The notes beneath the pieces were generated by a model that did no database searches, was not told the DNA's origin, and was given only the letters and a program-made list of their open reading frames with translations. From a bacterium (GTDB lineage: Bacteria > RBG-13-61-14 > DATKZS01), in assembly GCA_046484135.1 (NCBI GenBank), contig JAWOBU010000246.1:1-19307 (forward strand): a stretch of DNA of 19,307 nucleotides. The letters are read 5' to 3'. The first letter of the stretch is position 1. Each line of letters opens with the position of its first letter. Of this stretch, positions 15,747 through 19,307 are shown one piece after another. The position numbers were made by a program, and so were the translations under genes.

Positions 15747-17018
15747 TTACAAAAGCTGGTCCACGTTGTCTCGAATCTTTACCACTGCCTCGGCTATCTG
15801 GTCCATGTCCTTCCTGGTGCCGAGCAGTATCGAGTGGTGGAAACACACCGACTCTTCTTTAAACGCCCTCTCGCACACCGGCAGCTTGAACCGGGAGGGG
15901 TCTATTTTGCGCCAATGGTCCCGGTTGATGTTATAACGGCGCTTGGTGAGCGGGCGGTAGAGAGGATCGTCGTTCAAGGGGATATAACAAGCCTCGACTC
16001 CGGTGCCGAGCTCTTTGGCCAGTGCCTTTCTGAAGGTGTCCGCGGGAAGACCCTTGAAGGCATCGGATTGATATCGGAACGCGAAGTTGAAGTAGCTTTG
16101 CGAGGTTGTCCTTTTGTCCCGCTTCATGGGGGACACCCCCTCGATCTTCTGAAGAAGACCGTTAAGGTACCGGGCGTTTTCGTCGCGCTTTTTGACCTGG
16201 CCGGGAAGCCGCTTCAACTGCTCGATAAGTACCGCGGCCTGCCACTCGGTGATGCGGTAGTTCCCGGACTGGATGAGGTCCCCTTCGGAGACATACTGGC
16301 CGGCGCCCTTGTCTGCGGCCTTCTCCGGCTTGGGCCTTCTGCCGCAGTTCCTGAGCGCGTCCAGCCTGGTGTAGAGGTCCTTTTGCGATGTGGTGAGAAT
16401 ACCGCCCTCTCCCGCGGTCAGGACCTTGGAGAGCTGGAGGCTGAAGCTTCCGATGTCCCCCATGGTGCCCACGTGCTTTCCCTTCCAGGCGGACCCGTGC
16501 TGGTGGGCGCAGTCTTCAATCACCGCGAGCTTATACTTTCTCGCTATCTTCATGATGGCGTCCATGTCCGCGATGCAGCCGTAAAGATGTACCGGGATGA
16601 TGGCGCGGGTGCGCTTGGTTATGGCGGCCTCGATGGCGGCCGGGTCTATGCACCAGCTTTCCGGGTCCACGTCCACCAGAATCGGCACCGCGTTTACGTC
16701 CACCACCGCCGCGGCAGTGGCCTGCCAGGTGAGTCCCGGCAGGATCACCTCGTCGCCGTAGCCTATGTCCAGGGCCTCGAGCGCGAGCTGCAGGGTCACG
16801 CTGCCGTTGGCCGCGCTCAGCACGTACTTCGATCCCGCGAACTTTGCAAAGTCCCGGTTGAACTGCTGCTCCTTGGGGCCGTTATATGACCACACTCCTG
16901 AATCGAGTACCTTCTCGAGCGCCTTCTTTTCGGCCGCTCCCCACACCGGCCACTTGGGCCAGGGGTTGGTTTTTGCGCTCCTTACAGGTTTCCCGCCTTT
17001 TAATGCCGGCTTTGCCAT
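15747..17018 (-). CDS. DegT/DnrJ/EryC1/StrS PLP-dependent sugar/cyclitol aminotransferase (RifK/BtrR/StsC-like)
   Basis: NGSVTLQLALEAL, TWQATA, IIPVHLYG, EDCAHQHG, SFSLQLSKVLTAGEGG (PLP Lys) and GNYRITEWQAA. ATG 17018 chosen because SD AAGGAG precedes it. Confidence 0.92.
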   Translation of the reverse strand: MAKPALKGGKPVRSAKTNPWPKWPVWGAAEKKALEKVLDSGVWSYNGPKEQQFNRDFAKFAGSKYVLSAANGSVTLQLALEALDIGYGDEVILPGLTWQATAAAVVDVNAVPILVDVDPESWCIDPAAIEAAITKRTRAIIPVHLYGCIADMDAIMKIARKYKLAVIEDCAHQHGSAWKGKHVGTMGDIGSFSLQLSKVLTAGEGGILTTSQKDLYTRLDALRNCGRRPKPEKAADKGAGQYVSEGDLIQSGNYRITEWQAAVLIEQLKRLPGQVKKRDENARYLNGLLQKIEGVSPMKRDKRTTSQSYFNFAFRYQSDAFKGLPADTFRKALAKELGTGVEACYIPLNDDPLYRPLTKRRYNINRDHWRKIDPSRFKLPVCERAFKEESVCFHHSILLGTRKDMDQIAEAVVKIRDNVDQLL

Positions 17019-17035
17019 CTTGCTTCTCTCCTTTC

Positions 17036-18313
17036 TCAACGCTCTTTGCGAAGATCGGTTCCATGGGTTTTTATGATATCTCCCAGTACTTCTTCGGCAT
17101 GGTCTGCGTCCGGCCCCAGCGGATGGACCGCCAGGGCCAGCAGGGCCTTGTCATAGTCGCGCTCGACCGCGGCTTCCACGGTCAGCTCCTCGTAAGACTT
17201 CACCGCTTCCATGAGCCCCTTGATGGCGGGCTCCGGAGGCGCGAGCGCGAGCGGGACCGCTCCGCTGGAGTCCACCCGGCACGGGACCTCGATGGCCGCG
17301 TCAGGGGACAGACCCGGGATGGCGCCGTGGTTTTTAACGTCAAGCACCTGCACATCGCCGCGGTCGAAACAGATGGACTCGATGAGCTCGAGGGCCGCGA
17401 GCGAGTAATGGGCCCCGCCGCGGCGGGAGAGCATCTCCGGCTTCTCGCGGGACTCAGGGTCCCGGTAGATATCCATAAGCTCGGACTCGATCTCCATGAC
17501 CTCCTCGGCGCGCACCTTGTCCTTTGCCCTCTGCCGCTCGATCATCATGCCGGTCATGTAATAGTAACGCAGGTAGTGCATGGGAATCATGCCGAGCGCT
17601 TCTACGAACCCCCGCGGGTAGTCAAGCTCTTCCAGGTTGGCCGGACGGCCGGGCGCGTCCGACCATTCCAGAATTTTGCCGGTTACATCCTTGCCTGCTA
17701 CCTGGACCCTCCGGACCCAGCTCAAGTGGTTGAGACCGATGTAGTCGAGCTCAACCTCCTGACGGGAGGCCGAGAAAGCGCGGGCCACGTCAATGTAGAA
17801 GTTAACCGGAATATTGCAAAGCCCTATGACCTTGACTGAAGAGTGCTTTATGAGCGCTTCGGTAACAATACCCGAGGGATTGGTGAAGTTTATGAGGAAC
17901 GCATGGGGTGAGTGTTTTTCCATGGCCTTCGCGATCTCGATCATCTCGGGCACGGTGCGCAGGGCCTTCATGAACCCGCCCACGCCGGTGGTCTCCTGGC
18001 CGATAAGGTTATGTCTCATCCCGAGCCGTTCGTCCTCCCGGCGGGCGGCGTTTCCTCCCACCCGGACCTGGGCAATAACGAAAGAGGAGTCCTTTAAAGC
18101 TTCAGAAAGATCCAGGGTATGGACAAGGGATACGCGGCTCGACCGCGCCTCTGCCATCCTGTGGCAGAAGCCGGAGACCACTTCCAGCCGTTCGCGGTCC
18201 ACGTCGTAAAGACATATCTCGAAGAGCTCCAGCGCATCAGCACGGGAGAAGAGGCCGTCCAGAAGCTCGGGGGTGTAACTGCTTCCTCCTCCTATGATCG
18301 CAACCTTCATCAT
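17036..18313 (-). CDS. Glycoside hydrolase family 4, 6-phospho-beta-glucosidase-like (NAD+/metal dependent)
   Basis: KVAIIGGGSSYTPE, QVRVGG, GQETTGVGG, NFTNP, IGLCN, GLNH and RGGAHYS. Start probably ATG 18313 or 18310 rather than the track's TTG 18355. Confidence 0.93.
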   Translation of the reverse strand: MMKVAIIGGGSSYTPELLDGLFSRADALELFEICLYDVDRERLEVVSGFCHRMAEARSSRVSLVHTLDLSEALKDSSFVIAQVRVGGNAARREDERLGMRHNLIGQETTGVGGFMKALRTVPEMIEIAKAMEKHSPHAFLINFTNPSGIVTEALIKHSSVKVIGLCNIPVNFYIDVARAFSASRQEVELDYIGLNHLSWVRRVQVAGKDVTGKILEWSDAPGRPANLEELDYPRGFVEALGMIPMHYLRYYYMTGMMIERQRAKDKVRAEEVMEIESELMDIYRDPESREKPEMLSRRGGAHYSLAALELIESICFDRGDVQVLDVKNHGAIPGLSPDAAIEVPCRVDSSGAVPLALAPPEPAIKGLMEAVKSYEELTVEAAVERDYDKALLALAVHPLGPDADHAEEVLGDIIKTHGTDLRKER

Positions 18314-18359
18314 CGCCTTCGGTTTGATTATTGCACGGGCGCGTTTGCCGATCAAAGGA

Positions 18360-19307
18360 TCATATCACGCCTTTTTCGCGGAAGATGCGTATCTCGTCTT
18401 TGTTGTAGCCGATCGAGGTGAGTATCTCGTCGGTGTGCTCACCGAGCTCGGGAGCGGGCCCCGGCTCGCGGGGCACGGCCTCGGAGAACTTGAGGGGAAA
18501 AGCCACCTGGGGAACCTTTCCTTCGCGGGGATGAGGACCTTCCACGATCATCTCCCGGCCTGCGACATGCGGGTCATGAGGAACCTCGTCCACGTCCAGG
18601 ACCGGTGAGGCGCAGGCCTCGCCGTCCGCGAGCAACGAGGTCCATTCATCGCGGGTCCGGCTTTTAAAGAGCTCTTCCAGCTCTTTCTCGAGATTCACTC
18701 TTTGTTCTTCAGTCTCGGGATGGTGGAGTGGTTTTAAGTCTTCCCTCTCCACTTTTTCGCAGAAGTTGTTCCAGAACTTCTCTTCCAGTGCGGCCAGGGC
18801 GAAGTACTTTCCGTCCCTGGTCTCGTAGATGTTATAAGGCGGATACCCTCCGTTCAGGCGCATGGAGCCGGGGCCGGGGGGATTGCCGGATGCCGCGGCC
18901 TCGCCGATCAGGTTCTGGCCCACTGACAACAACCCGTCCAGCATGGACACGTCCAGGTACTGGCCCCTGCCGGTGCGCTCCCTGCTGTAAAGCGCGGACA
19001 TGATCCCGAAGGCCGCCATGATGGCGCCGCCTGCTATGTCCCCCACCTGCACGCCGGGCGGCACCGGCGGGCCTCCTTCCGGGCCGGTAAGAGATGCGAG
19101 ACCGGAGAGTGCCAGGAAGTTCAGGTCGTGTCCCGCCCGTGCGGAGTAAGGCCCGTCCTGGCCGTAGCCGGTCAGGGAGCAGTAGATCAGCTTGCGGTTG
19201 TCTTTCTTGAGCTTGTCGTATCCTATGTCCAGCCGGGAGGCCGTGCCGGCCCTGAAGCTTTCCACCACCACGTCCGCGGTCCCGACCATCCTGCGGAACA
19301 CCTGGAC
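18360..19307 (-). CDS. CaiB/BaiF family III CoA-transferase / alpha-methylacyl-CoA racemase-like; 5' part outside the window
   Basis: ADVVVESFRAG, YCSLTGYGQDGP, GHDLNF, VGDIAGG, TGRGQYLDVSM and PELGEHTDEIL; frame open to the window edge. Confidence 0.92.
   Translation of the reverse strand, partial: VQVFRRMVGTADVVVESFRAGTASRLDIGYDKLKKDNRKLIYCSLTGYGQDGPYSARAGHDLNFLALSGLASLTGPEGGPPVPPGVQVGDIAGGAIMAAFGIMSALYSRERTGRGQYLDVSMLDGLLSVGQNLIGEAAASGNPPGPGSMRLNGGYPPYNIYETRDGKYFALAALEEKFWNNFCEKVEREDLKPLHHPETEEQRVNLEKELEELFKSRTRDEWTSLLADGEACASPVLDVDEVPHDPHVAGREMIVEGPHPREGKVPQVAFPLKFSEAVPREPGPAPELGEHTDEILTSIGYNKDEIRIFREKGVI

Noticed and set aside
13686..17018. Calling the module an AHBA/ansamycin or aminoglycoside biosynthetic cluster
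   Set aside because: No aminoDAHP synthase, aminoDHQ synthase, 2-deoxy-scyllo-inosose synthase, phosphatase or PKS in the window; only family-level resemblance is supportable.
1..19307. CRISPR arrays, tRNA/rRNA genes, transposases/integrases, in-frame Sec/Pyl recoding
   Set aside because: No regularly spaced repeats, no RNA-gene signatures in the short spacers and no recombinase ORFs. The TGA/TAG stops fall at natural family C-termini.

Overview
GC-rich bacterial window, probably from an anaerobe. That is an inference from a tungsten/molybdenum aldehyde:ferredoxin oxidoreductase and several cobalamin-binding proteins; the look is deltaproteobacterial, but taxonomy is not established. All 17 supportable CDSs lie on the minus strand. 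In transcription order (right to left): a 5'-truncated CaiB/BaiF family III CoA-transferase; a four-gene sugar module (GH4 6-phospho-beta-glucosidase-like, DegT/RifK/BtrR-like PLP aminotransferase, BadF-type sugar kinase, Gfo/Idh/MocA oxidoreductase); AOR plus MoaD/ThiS; a B12-type radical SAM protein; an orphan B12-binding mutase small subunit with a nucleophile-Cys-less SCP2-type thiolase and a DUF35 Zn-ribbon/OB-fold protein; a TPR-fused L,D-transpeptidase; a glycan-tailoring module (B12 radical SAM with a C-terminal beta-sandwich, LbH acyltransferase, methyltransferase-like protein with a probable ATC start and coiled-coil tail, GT4); and a Tat-exported metallophosphoesterase-fold protein that has lost most metal ligands, is missing from the ORF track and runs off the left edge. 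Intergenic DNA holds a GTGG-type REP doublet with fully compensatory stem changes inside a MITE-like 110-bp segment, further REP remnants, one clear intrinsic terminator and sigma70-like promoters. Best candidates for undescribed biology: the GH4/aminotransferase/kinase/dehydrogenase amino-sugar module, the Tat pseudo-phosphoesterase, the Cys-less thiolase/DUF35/B12 unit, and the B12-rSAM glycan-tailoring operon.
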